13,078 nucleotides of DNA, taken from positions 1 through 13,078 of the forward strand of contig DAHWNL010000055.1 in assembly GCA_027339965.1 (NCBI GenBank). The letters run 5' to 3'. Numbering within the stretch: the first letter of the stretch is position 1; each line of letters begins with the position of its first letter. Of this stretch, positions 1 to 7,234 are shown piece after piece. The notes below the pieces were generated by a model that saw only the letters and a list, made by a program, of their open reading frames with translations, did not search any database and was not told the DNA's origin. The translations under genes and the position numbers were made by a program. Source of the stretch: Granulicella sp. Its GTDB lineage: Bacteria > Acidobacteriota > Terriglobia > Terriglobales > Acidobacteriaceae.

Positions 1-1347
1 CCCGGCCACCGTCCAGCCGGCGAACCTCAATCCCGGCACGCTCTTGAACTCGCCCATCACCTCCGCCCGGCTGGTCAGCAGCAGCAGCGGAATCATCGCC
101 GCGGGCAGGGTAAAGCTGAGCAATACCTGCGAGTCGTTCAGGATCTTCAACGGGTCGCTTCCCGCGCCGATCACGATGAGTGCCGGGATGACGGTGATGA
201 ACCGGCGCAGAAAGATGGGAAAGCGGATGTCGAGAAAGCCTTCGATGATGACCTGGCCGGCCATCACGCCCACCGTGGAGCTGGAGAGCCCGGAACAGAG
301 CAGGGCCACGGCGAAGACCACGGCCGCGCCAGGCCCCAGCAGCGGCCCCAGGGTGTGGAACGCATCCTGAATCGTGGGATAGTAATCGGGTCCGCGAAAC
401 ATCACCACCGCGGCCATCACGATCATGGCGGAGTTGATCAGCCACGCCCCGTTCATGGCCACAAAGACGTCGATCAACTCGAATCTTAGAAACTTGCGCA
501 AGGTGCCCCGGCGCGAGCGCTTGTCCGCGGGCTGCGCCTCCTGCAGCCGCGGCTGCACCAGCGCTGAGTGGAGATAGATCACATGCGGCATCACCGTGGC
601 GCCCAGCATGCCCACCGCCGCAAAGACGCTGCCCCGCAGCGCGGTCTTGCTGTGCATGTCGAACGTCGGCAGTATCGCGGCCACAAACGCCCGGCGCCAG
701 GCCGGATGCACCAGAAAGACCTCGAACCCGTAGCACAATCCGATTGCGCCAACAAAGAACATGATGCCGCGCTCCAGCCACTGGAATCCAAGCAGGTCCA
801 GCGCCAGAATGGCAAACACCGCCACGGTGGCCACCATCGCCGACGCAAACATGGAGCTGGTGAGCGAGAACCCCCGCGCCATCAGCGCCGGTCCAATCAA
901 CAAATCCAGGCCGAGCGCGGCGCCCAGGAACTCGGCCAGGTCGGTGGCCACGGCGGAGATCTCCGCGCAGATCCAAAGGAACAGGTTGACGCGCCGCGAG
1001 AAGTGGCTGCGGATGTTCTGCGGCAGCGTCCGTCCGGTAACGATTCCCAGCTTGGCCGCCAGGTACTGGACCAGAATTGCCATCAAATTGGACCACAACA
1101 ACACCCAAAGCAGCCGATAACCAAACTGGCTGCCGCCGAGAATGTTGGTGGAGAAGTTGCCCGGATCGATGTAGGCCACGGAGGCCACGAAGGCCGGGCC
1201 GAAGTAGACCCACACCCGGTCGCTGCGGAAACCCGTTCGGCCCTGTGCCCCGATTCCTTCGGTTCCAGACAGCTCTGTCGCTGCCGCAGCCGGCGAGAGA
1301 TGTCCCTCGCGCTCGGCGCCGCTGCTGTGGAAAGGCTCTCTGGTCAT
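1..1347 (-). CDS. mntH: Nramp-family divalent metal (Mn2+/Fe2+) transporter MntH; 3' end lies beyond the left window edge
   Basis: Manual minus-strand translation from ATG 1345-1347 is open to position 1: MTREPFHSS...VYFGPAFVASVAYIDPGNFSTNILGGSQFGYRLLW...ATDLAEFLGAALG...GMLGATVMPHVIYLHSALVQ...SSSTVGVMAGQVIIEGFL...SQVLLSFTLP. Has the Nramp DPGN (TM1) and MPH (TM6) motifs and many hydrophobic segments. Confidence 0.95.
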   Translation of the reverse strand, partial: MTREPFHSSGAEREGHLSPAAAATELSGTEGIGAQGRTGFRSDRVWVYFGPAFVASVAYIDPGNFSTNILGGSQFGYRLLWVLLWSNLMAILVQYLAAKLGIVTGRTLPQNIRSHFSRRVNLFLWICAEISAVATDLAEFLGAALGLDLLIGPALMARGFSLTSSMFASAMVATVAVFAILALDLLGFQWLERGIMFFVGAIGLCYGFEVFLVHPAWRRAFVAAILPTFDMHSKTALRGSVFAAVGMLGATVMPHVIYLHSALVQPRLQEAQPADKRSRRGTLRKFLRFELIDVFVAMNGAWLINSAMIVMAAVVMFRGPDYYPTIQDAFHTLGPLLGPGAAVVFAVALLCSGLSSSTVGVMAGQVIIEGFLDIRFPIFLRRFITVIPALIVIGAGSDPLKILNDSQVLLSFTLPAAMIPLLLLTSRAEVMGEFKSVPGLRFAGWTVAG

Positions 1348-1355
1348 CTGTGTCA

Positions 1356-1361
1356 AGTATA
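1356..1361 (-). promoter_or_regulatory. -10 hexamer TATACT 8 nt upstream of the mntH ATG (probable leaderless promoter)
   Basis: Minus strand reads TATACT-TGACACAG-ATG; no Shine-Dalgarno in between. Confidence 0.6.
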
Positions 1362-1411
1362 GTAGCCGCTACGCCTGGCTGAATGCGGTGTGAGGCAACT
1401 GGCCTGACGGA

Positions 1412-2359
1412 TTACCCCGCGCTGCCAACCTGCCGCTCGGCGATGATGGCGATTCCGGCGGCTTCGGCCGCGGCCACCATGGCCTCCCGCTCAAAGAGCA
1501 GGGTTCGTCCCGCTTCCACGCACAGACACGTCGCTCCTGCGGAGCGCATGGCGGCGATGGTGGGCACGCCCACCACGGGCACATCAAAGCGCATGTCCTG
1601 GTTCGGCTTGGCCACCTTGACTACGGTGAGCCGCCGGTCGAGCGTGGTCGCGCCCGGCCCGCTGTCAGTCAACGGCCTTGCCGTACTGTCCTGGGCCGGC
1701 GGATCGGAGTGGTCCGGTTCGCTCAGACTGCGAAGCATCTCTCCTGCGCGGGCGATGGTGGCGTCGGTGCCCTCCATGGCCTCCACGGCGACGCAGGCTC
1801 CGGCGGCGATCACCACGGTCTGTCCCAGATCAAATCCGGCCAGGGCGCGAGCCACGGTCAGCCCGTAGGCGATATCGGCCCGTTCCGATGGAGTGGGAGC
1901 GCGTTTGGTCAGCACTCCCTCCGTGGCCAGCATAGGTTCCAGATAAGCGGTGGAGGAGATGAGATGGATCCCCTCGTCTTCCAGCACCTTGGCCACCGCG
2001 CCCAGCAGCATGTCCGTATTGCGCGTGCGCAGATGCAGCAGCAGTTTGGCCAGCCGCCAGTCCGGCCGGATGCTGGAGAAGATCTGCTTATGCTTCACCT
2101 GCCCGGCCATCACGGCGCGGCGCACGCCTTCCCGATGAAAAGTTTCAATCAGCCGGGAGAGCTCCCCCAGCGAGAGCCAGTGCACGCGCACCGCCTCCGG
2201 CTCGCTCGCAGCGCGCTGGTTCATCTCCTCGTCCGTCTCTTCCTTAATCGCCGCAACCACCACCCGCAGCCCGTTTGCCCGCGCCGCTGCCAGCAGAAGA
2301 AACGGGAATCGTCCGTTGCCTGCGATCAGCCCCAGCGGCTCTGCGGCGTCCGGCATCAT
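1412..2359 (-). CDS. lpxI: UDP-2,3-diacylglucosamine diphosphatase LpxI (DUF1009)
   Basis: LGLIAGNGRFP N-terminus, MAGQVKH, DLGQTVV, AVEAMEGTD, VKVAKPNQDMRFDVPVVG motifs; directly downstream of lpxA with a TAATG overlap (start at 2359, or the next ATG at 2356). Confidence 0.93.
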   Translation of the reverse strand: MMPDAAEPLGLIAGNGRFPFLLLAAARANGLRVVVAAIKEETDEEMNQRAASEPEAVRVHWLSLGELSRLIETFHREGVRRAVMAGQVKHKQIFSSIRPDWRLAKLLLHLRTRNTDMLLGAVAKVLEDEGIHLISSTAYLEPMLATEGVLTKRAPTPSERADIAYGLTVARALAGFDLGQTVVIAAGACVAVEAMEGTDATIARAGEMLRSLSEPDHSDPPAQDSTARPLTDSGPGATTLDRRLTVVKVAKPNQDMRFDVPVVGVPTIAAMRSAGATCLCVEAGRTLLFEREAMVAAAEAAGIAIIAERQVGSAG

Positions 2360-3141
2360 TACCGGATCGCTCCACGCTGGCTGGCCTCAACAAACTCCGC
2401 CAGATAGCGCACATGCTCTCCGCTGCCCTGGGCCAGCATCTCGTGGATGACCTCCAGCGCCTGGGTGGCGTTCCGCTTGCCCCCAGTCAGAGCCCGCATG
2501 GCCGTGCCCAGTTCGCGCAACTGCTCCGCGGTAAAGCCGCGCCGTTGCAGACCTACCTTGTTCAACCCGTACGCATGGTTGTTCCGCTCCGCGCAGGTCA
2601 ACGAGTAGGGCAGCACGTCCTGGGTAATCGTGGTGCCCCCGCCGATAAAGCTGTACCTGCCAATACGGCAGAACTGATGCACCGGACAGAGCGCGCCCAC
2701 AGTGGCAAAGTCCTCCACCACCACATGGCCGGCCAGAGTCGCCGCATTGGCCAGAATGCAGCCGTTCCCAATCGACGAATCATGGCCCACATGCACGTAG
2801 GCCATGATGAGACAACCTGAGCCAATCCGGGTGATGCCGCTGCCGGCGGCAGTTCCCCGGGAGATCGTCACACACTCGCGAATGGTATTGTCATCGCCAA
2901 ATGTAGCCCCGGTGGGCTCGCCGGCGTACTTCAGATCCTGTGGGGCAACTCCAAGGCAGGCGAAGGGATAGATCTTGTTGCGCGCGCCAAAGGTCGTGTG
3001 GCCGTCCAGCACCACGTGCGATACCAGCTCGCACGCCTCCCCCAGCACCACGTGCTGTCCCACAGTGCAATACGGCCCTACTGTGCAACTTTCGGGGATC
3101 ACAGCCCCTGGGGAGACGATTGCGGTCGGATGAATACTCAC
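2359..3141 (-). CDS. lpxA: Acyl-ACP--UDP-N-acetylglucosamine O-acyltransferase LpxA
   Basis: IHPTAIV start, hexapeptide repeats, PQDLKY, MAYVHVGHD (catalytic His), LAGHV, VHQF, GLNKVGLQRRGF; GTG start overlaps the fabZ TGA (GTGA). Confidence 0.97.
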   Translation of the reverse strand: MSIHPTAIVSPGAVIPESCTVGPYCTVGQHVVLGEACELVSHVVLDGHTTFGARNKIYPFACLGVAPQDLKYAGEPTGATFGDDNTIRECVTISRGTAAGSGITRIGSGCLIMAYVHVGHDSSIGNGCILANAATLAGHVVVEDFATVGALCPVHQFCRIGRYSFIGGGTTITQDVLPYSLTCAERNNHAYGLNKVGLQRRGFTAEQLRELGTAMRALTGGKRNATQALEVIHEMLAQGSGEHVRYLAEFVEASQRGAIR

Positions 3142-3728
3142 CTTGCTTCCACCTCAGCGGCTGCCTCCGCAGCTGCCTTCTGATTGCCGCGCGGCACCAG
3201 CATGCACATGATGGTCGCCTCGCAGGCCACGGTCCCGTCCACAGTGGCTTTGCCGCTCAGCTTGACGGCGGTGCGCCGCCAGTTCAGCACCGTCACCTCG
3301 ATGCGAAGCTGGTCGCCCGGCACCACCGCGCGGCGAAACCGGGCCGCCTCGATGCCGGTAAAGACCATCAACTTGTTGTCGCGGTCGGGAATCTCGGTCA
3401 GCAGCAGCGCCCCTCCGGCCTGCGCAATGGCTTCCACAATCAGCACGCCGGGCATGATCGGATAGTCCGGGAAGTGGCCGGTGAAGTGCGGCTCATTGGC
3501 CGTCACGTTCTTCAGAGCGACAATCCGTTTCTTGCGCTCCATCTCCAGCACACGATCGATCAGCAGGAGCGGGTAGCGATGGGGCAGGATGGACATGATT
3601 TCGACGATGTCCAGGGACGTCTTCTGTGTCCGTTCCGCATTCGAGTCCTGACTCAAGTCAGAGGGGGATGCGGATGAACCGTTTGCCTCGGCCGGCTTGT
3701 CCGGGGTGGTCAGTGTGGAATGGCTCAT
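3138..3728 (-). CDS. fabZ: 3-hydroxyacyl-ACP dehydratase FabZ
   Basis: LPHRYPLLLIDRV, KNVTANEPHFTGHFPDYPIMPGVLIVEAIAQ (His/Glu dyad), FRRAVVPGDQL; about 35 aa low-complexity N-terminal extension. Confidence 0.97.
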   Translation of the reverse strand: MSHSTLTTPDKPAEANGSSASPSDLSQDSNAERTQKTSLDIVEIMSILPHRYPLLLIDRVLEMERKKRIVALKNVTANEPHFTGHFPDYPIMPGVLIVEAIAQAGGALLLTEIPDRDNKLMVFTGIEAARFRRAVVPGDQLRIEVTVLNWRRTAVKLSGKATVDGTVACEATIMCMLVPRGNQKAAAEAAAEVEAR

Positions 3729-3738
3729 AGCGAGGCTC

Positions 3739-3747
3739 AGGATATCA
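3739..3747 (-). promoter_or_regulatory. Extended -10 (TGaTATCCT) 10 nt upstream of the fabZ ATG
   Basis: Minus strand reads GGG-TGA-TATCCT-GAGCCTCGCT-ATG; no clear Shine-Dalgarno. Confidence 0.55.
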
Positions 3748-3858
3748 CCCGCGCCGTCCGCTCGCTTTCCCGGCGCTCCCTCTGCCGTTTCGGCAGGCAG
3801 AGTTGCGTCTCCGCAGTCAGCCGGTATCCAGCGTTTGGCGTAGATCCGCGAAGGCGGT

Positions 3859-3864
3859 TAATCT
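3859..3864 (+). promoter_or_regulatory. -10-like TAATCT 9 nt upstream of the hscB ATG
   Basis: TAATCT-AAAGGCGGC-ATG, the only AT-rich patch in a GC-rich intergenic stretch. Confidence 0.5.
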
Positions 3865-3873
3865 AAAGGCGGC

Positions 3874-4509
3874 ATGAGCGATCTTGATTACTTCGCCCTC
3901 TTCTCCCTCCCGCAGCACCTGCACATCGATCTTGCGGCGCTTGAAAAGAACTTCTACGCGCAATCCCGGAAACTCCATCCGGACCGCTTTGCTGCGCGCC
4001 CCGCGGAGGAGCAGCAGGCCGCGCTCTCCGCCAGCTCCCGGCTCAACGACGCCTACCGTACCCTGCGCGATCCCATCCTTCGTACCGAGTACCTGCTGAG
4101 CCTGCAAGGTGTCCAGCTTCAGGAGCAATCCCGCGCCGCCACTGACGCCGCTCGCGCCACCGGCGCACAGAAGAAGCAGGTCGCTCCGCCGGACCTCCTC
4201 GAAGAGGCCTTCGAGCTCAACATGGCTCTGGAAGAAATCAAGATGAGCGGCGACGATCCCGACGCCCGTGCCCAGCTCGAATCCTCCCGTACCAGATTCA
4301 CCGCCATGCTCGAAGAGTGCCAGCAGAAATTGGAGGCGCTTTGGACCGCGTGGGACAACGCCCTGGACGCTGCCGACCAGGTCGCCCGGCAAGCCAGCAC
4401 GCGGGCCATGGTGGATCTGCTCAACCGCCGCAGCTACATCCGCAACCTGGTGCGCGACGTCAACGCCGCCCTTGAGTCAAAAGCCGTGCCAGCCGCGCCG
4501 AAGGGATAA
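3874..4509 (+). CDS. hscB: Fe-S cluster assembly co-chaperone HscB
   Basis: DYFALFSLP, J-domain LHPDRF, LNDAYRTLRDPILRTEYLL, PPDLLEEAFELNMALEE, C-terminal RRSYIRNL; same strand and upstream of hscA. Confidence 0.93.
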   Translation: MSDLDYFALFSLPQHLHIDLAALEKNFYAQSRKLHPDRFAARPAEEQQAALSASSRLNDAYRTLRDPILRTEYLLSLQGVQLQEQSRAATDAARATGAQKKQVAPPDLLEEAFELNMALEEIKMSGDDPDARAQLESSRTRFTAMLEECQQKLEALWTAWDNALDAADQVARQASTRAMVDLLNRRSYIRNLVRDVNAALESKAVPAAPKG

Positions 4510-4657
4510 TGGCATCTCCCACGCGGAAATCTGCCGCCGTCTCTACTCGCTCAGTACCTCGCACCCGCCCGCACCACGGCTGCAGGGCGCAGCATCGTCT
4601 CCGGCGGACGCAACCGGCCGCCTGGGTTGCACCTGAACCCCTTTGTGTCCTGCCTCC

Positions 4658-4690
4658 GCAAGCCACGGGCCATGCTGGCTTGCATTATTT
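4658..4690. terminator. Hairpin GCAAGCCA-N10-TGGCTTGC between convergent hscB and the DUF2892 gene
   Basis: Perfect 8-bp stem 4658-4665/4676-4683 followed on the + strand by ATTATTT; abuts the DUF2892 stop codon. Confidence 0.45.
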
Positions 4691-4873
4691 ACAAGTTCGC
4701 ACGCCGAGGATGCCATACAAGGGACAGAAGGCGACAAAGGCAGTCAGAAGCGGCACAACTCCGATCAAGCCCACCCAGCGAATCGGGCCATGCAATAGAG
4801 CGATCAGAGAAAAGAGCCCAAGTGCAACGACGATTCTGATGCCACGATCAACGGAACCCACATTTCTCTTCAC
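4685..4873 (-). CDS. DUF2892 / YgaP-like small membrane protein (62 aa)
   Basis: From GTG 4871-4873 with AGGAGG at 4883-4888: MKRNVGSVDRGIRIVVALGLF...LIGVVPLLTAFVAFCPLYGILGVRTCK; matches the NVGxxDRxxR...FCPLYxxLGxxT DUF2892 pattern. True start is downstream of the ORF-track start. Confidence 0.9.
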   Translation of the reverse strand: MKRNVGSVDRGIRIVVALGLFSLIALLHGPIRWVGLIGVVPLLTAFVAFCPLYGILGVRTCK

Positions 4874-4895
4874 GGAAAAATCCCTCCTGGGACAG

Positions 4896-4937
4896 AGACT
4901 ATCGCGGAACCCTCGTCCTGTCGGCAACCAAAGTTAC
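4896..4937 (-). promoter_or_regulatory. Candidate class II Crp/Fnr-activated promoter of the DUF2892 gene: box GTAAC-N4-GTTGC (4924-4937) and -10 TAGTCT (4896-4901)
   Basis: 5-4-5 near-palindrome centred at 4930.5; taking 4901 as -12 puts the centre at -41.5. The box overlaps the stop codon of the Crp/Fnr gene. Confidence 0.6.
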
Positions 4938-5614
4938 AAAGCCTCCTGTTGCGCCGCGAATTCGAGTAAAGCCTTACGATTGCATATCGTCACCAATCCG
5001 CGTTCCAGAGCAATCCAACCCTGCTCTTCGAACCGGCCAAGCAACCGCGTGATGATGACCCGCACGCTACCCAGTTCATCCGCCATCTGCTGATGAGTTG
5101 CGGAGAGAACCTCCCGTGGTGTGCCGGCGAGGAAGCCGGCAAGTCTGCCGCTGAGGCTGCGGAAAGCGATCTCGTCGACCAGCAAGGTCAGGTCGCAAAA
5201 CCGTTCAGCGTACAGGCCGAAGACAAGCTGCCGCCATGAACCCGAGGTTTCGATAAGCCTTTGAAACACGCCGGAACCAAGCGCGATCAGGACCGTGTCT
5301 GCCCTCGCACAAGCAGAAGCCGAGTAGGGTGATCCGGCAAGCAGCGCAGCAGAGCTCAAGACACAGATCTCGCCAGGCGTCACATCGTAAAGCGTGATCT
5401 GGCGACCGTGCGGATCCTCCCGGTAGACGCGAATGCACCCTCCGAGCAAGAGCGGAAACAATCGGCACACTTCGCCCTGCTTGAATAGATTGTCTCCGCC
5501 AGCGACGCGGACCACCTTCGACGAACGGAGCAACGACTGCCGTTCTTCCGGCGATGTCTCGGAGAGCACCGGAAACGTCGCAACCGCAGTCTCCAGCATT
5601 TTGGAGTCGATCAT
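4934..5614 (-). CDS. Crp/Fnr-family transcriptional regulator
   Basis: cNMP-binding-like beta-roll (LFKQGE...LLGGCIRVY...GRQITLYDVTPGEIC), C-helix, winged HTH THQQMADELGSVRVIITRLLGRFEEQGWIALERG. Confidence 0.93.
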   Translation of the reverse strand: MIDSKMLETAVATFPVLSETSPEERQSLLRSSKVVRVAGGDNLFKQGEVCRLFPLLLGGCIRVYREDPHGRQITLYDVTPGEICVLSSAALLAGSPYSASACARADTVLIALGSGVFQRLIETSGSWRQLVFGLYAERFCDLTLLVDEIAFRSLSGRLAGFLAGTPREVLSATHQQMADELGSVRVIITRLLGRFEEQGWIALERGLVTICNRKALLEFAAQQEAL

Positions 5615-5699
5615 GCAGCGACGGTCCCTGAGCCGCCCTGCTCCATGTTACGCGGACAGAACGACGCCAACACGATGAGCTTTTGTTTGACCAAATTCC

Positions 5700-6047
5700 G
5701 TCTGGGCAAGAAGCAACGGAGCCAGCCTTCCATACGCGCCTCGACGTCAGAGTCTTTATCGAAAAACGCCGCCGTCGTCATCAACTTGGCTGGCGCCTGG
5801 AAGTGGGGCACCAGAAATTCCGTAAGCACTCTGACTGGCTTCAGTTGGAGCCCAAGGAGATTGCTTGAGCACCCAGTTCCGTCCCTGAACCTCTGCCGAG
5901 ACGGTAAAGTGCCAAGCGCAAGCCAGTCGCTGGCCAGACTCCTTGGAGTGTTATTGACAGACGACACTTCTGAGGAGGACAGGCCCAATCTCTGGCAACG
6001 GAGAGGGTATTGGGATCTGGTCAGAACGGCCAGCTGGGGCGCGGTCT
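5700..6047 (-). pseudogene. Possible decayed response-regulator receiver-domain gene
   Basis: Fragments in shifting frames appear in receiver-domain order: LED, ASDWLA, RDGTG/VLKQ, VRVLTEF, AAFFDKDSDVE. No intact start; recognised by eye only, boundaries approximate. Confidence 0.3.
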
Positions 6048-6052
6048 TCAAG

Positions 6053-6211
6053 GAGATGATGCGCGTGGTCCTGAACAGCACCTGCCGCAGGCATGACGTG
6101 GATCCGCAACGCTATCTCACCCAGTTGCTGACGAACCTATCGCAGGTCCGCAGAAGTGAGATACCCAGCCGTCTCCGGGACCGGTGAAAGCAACTTCAAC
6201 CCGCGCGCCCG
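6053..6211 (+). mobile_element. IS66-family transposase (TnpC) C-terminal remnant
   Basis: EMMRVVLN|STCRRHDVDPQRYLTQLLTNLSQVRRSEIPSRLRDR*KQLQ resembles the TnpC C-terminus; the RKNxLF...AAILxSL segment is missing and the usual Trp is TGA (6185-6187). No terminal inverted repeat recognised. Confidence 0.8.
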
Positions 6212-6532
6212 GGAGATCCATACCTCAGCCACCACGCGTTCGCAGCACCTGGACTTCAGGCAGGGTTTACCAAAGGACGTTGTCGGCAACCACGACCGCC
6301 AGCGCTCTCAAAATTTGCCAATGGATAGGCCAGGTCGCCAAAGAGAAGCCGGAAGGGGCCAGTCTCATCGATCAAATGCTCAGGCTTCGGGTTCCCCAAT
6401 ATTTCCAGGCCGCTCCTTGACCCCCCATTGAACACGCGCCGCCGACAATCTCTTATGCCCGCATAGCGAGATCAGCCGCGTTGCCTCCATCGCATACCAA
6501 CCTCATCTCACAAAGGGAAGTCAGCCGCGCCC

Positions 6533-6973
6533 TCAGATGACGTTCTTTCCAACGAGGCCGAAGTGCTTGGTCGCGGCCAGCAAATGCAGGTCATTCGAAT
6601 ACACCTCTGGTACGCCTCTGGGAACCCCGACTCGGCCGCCGTCGCCAGATGGAGCGCATCGGCCGGGCGCAGAAACACACTCGCCCGCAGTTTCTCGTAG
6701 GCACTCCGCATTCGGGACAGAATCTCGTTGCTCTGTGGAATTCAGCGGAAGGCTCCGGCCTGAATGTGCGCTTCCACCTGACCAAGCAACGCAGCATAGG
6801 AGGCAGGCCTTATCGCGCTCTCGCGCCGCTTGCGATGGAAGGCGGCGACCAATCTCTGCCTGCCTGTGAGCCGCACAGGCCAGATGGTTCGTGGTGGCCA
6901 GCGCACGCACCGCAGCGGCACCCGGATCCTGATCATAGAGCCTGACCAGATAGCTGGCATCAAAGCAGATCAC
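6533..6973 (-). pseudogene. VapC/PIN-domain toxin, disrupted
   Basis: Reconstructed from GTG 6973: MICFDASYLVRLY...HRQAEI/VAAFHRKRRE...GAFR*IPQS...FLRPADALHLATAAESGFPE/VYSNDLHLLAATKHFGL. PIN acidic motifs visible; +1 nt near 6850, in-frame TGA 6742-6744, 11-nt duplication at 6600-6621. Confidence 0.85.
6600..6621 (-). repeat. 11-bp tandem duplication CCAGAGGCGTA/CCAGAGGTGTA (1 mismatch) inside the toxin pseudogene
   Basis: Seen directly; removing one copy restores GFPEVYSND in frame with DALHLA. Confidence 0.85.
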
Positions 6974-7225
6974 CGGATCTCCCGGTTTCGCTCTTCGCCG
7001 ACGATTTGCGTCGAATCGGCCCCGCCTTGCAGGCGCGCGCGTTCCCGGAGAAAGGCCCGCGTATAGGTGGGAGCGGCAAAGAACGGCTGTTGCGGACGGG
7101 GTGACGCCGGGACAATCCTGGCGATCAAGATGCCCGCGTTCGGTTAAATAAACGTCCCCAGCCTGCGCCTGCCGGACCGATCGCCCGGTAGCCTGATGGA
7201 GTTCACGGATCGAGATTGACTTCAT
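6970..7225 (-). pseudogene. Phd/YefM-type antitoxin, frameshifted
   Basis: MKSISIRELHQATGRSVRQAQAGDVYLTERG, then after one extra base near 7133 ILIARIVPASPRPQQPFFAAP...GGADSTQIVGEERNREIR*; the stop overlaps the toxin GTG (GTGA). Confidence 0.8.
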
Positions 7226-7234
7226 GTGTCACAT
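7224..7234. promoter_or_regulatory. Palindrome ATGTG-T-CACAT overlapping the antitoxin start codon (candidate TA operator)
   Basis: Perfect 5-1-5 inverted repeat; type II TA operons typically autorepress at such sites. Confidence 0.45.

Noticed and set aside
44..1382. Plus-strand ORFs 44-370, 568-1362, 761-1120, 1077-1382
   Set aside because: Antisense shadows of mntH in GC-rich DNA; no recognisable motifs.
3780..3802. Hairpin CTGCCG-TTT-CGGCAG between divergent fabZ and hscB
   Set aside because: Lies between two gene starts, has no U-tract and no second copy in the window; function cannot be supported.
4509..5093. 194-aa ORF starting in a TAATG overlap with hscB
   Set aside because: Runs antisense across DUF2892 and crp with no recognisable domain; the overlap may be chance or the stub of a lost gene, and excising at the 9-bp repeat does not put it in frame with hscA.
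5645..6187. 180-aa ORF as a real gene
   Set aside because: Only the last ~45 codons are IS66-like; the rest looks like open frame by chance.
4919..6292. 12-bp direct repeat TGTCGGCAACCA at 4919-4930 and 6281-6292
   Set aside because: The second copy lacks the GTTAC arm and a lone 12-mer match is plausible by chance; no element boundaries fit.
6212..6530. Possible small ORF or ncRNA between the IS66 remnant and the toxin
   Set aside because: Some protein-like stretches (e.g. ORF 6184-6420) but no start signals, family motif or convincing structure.
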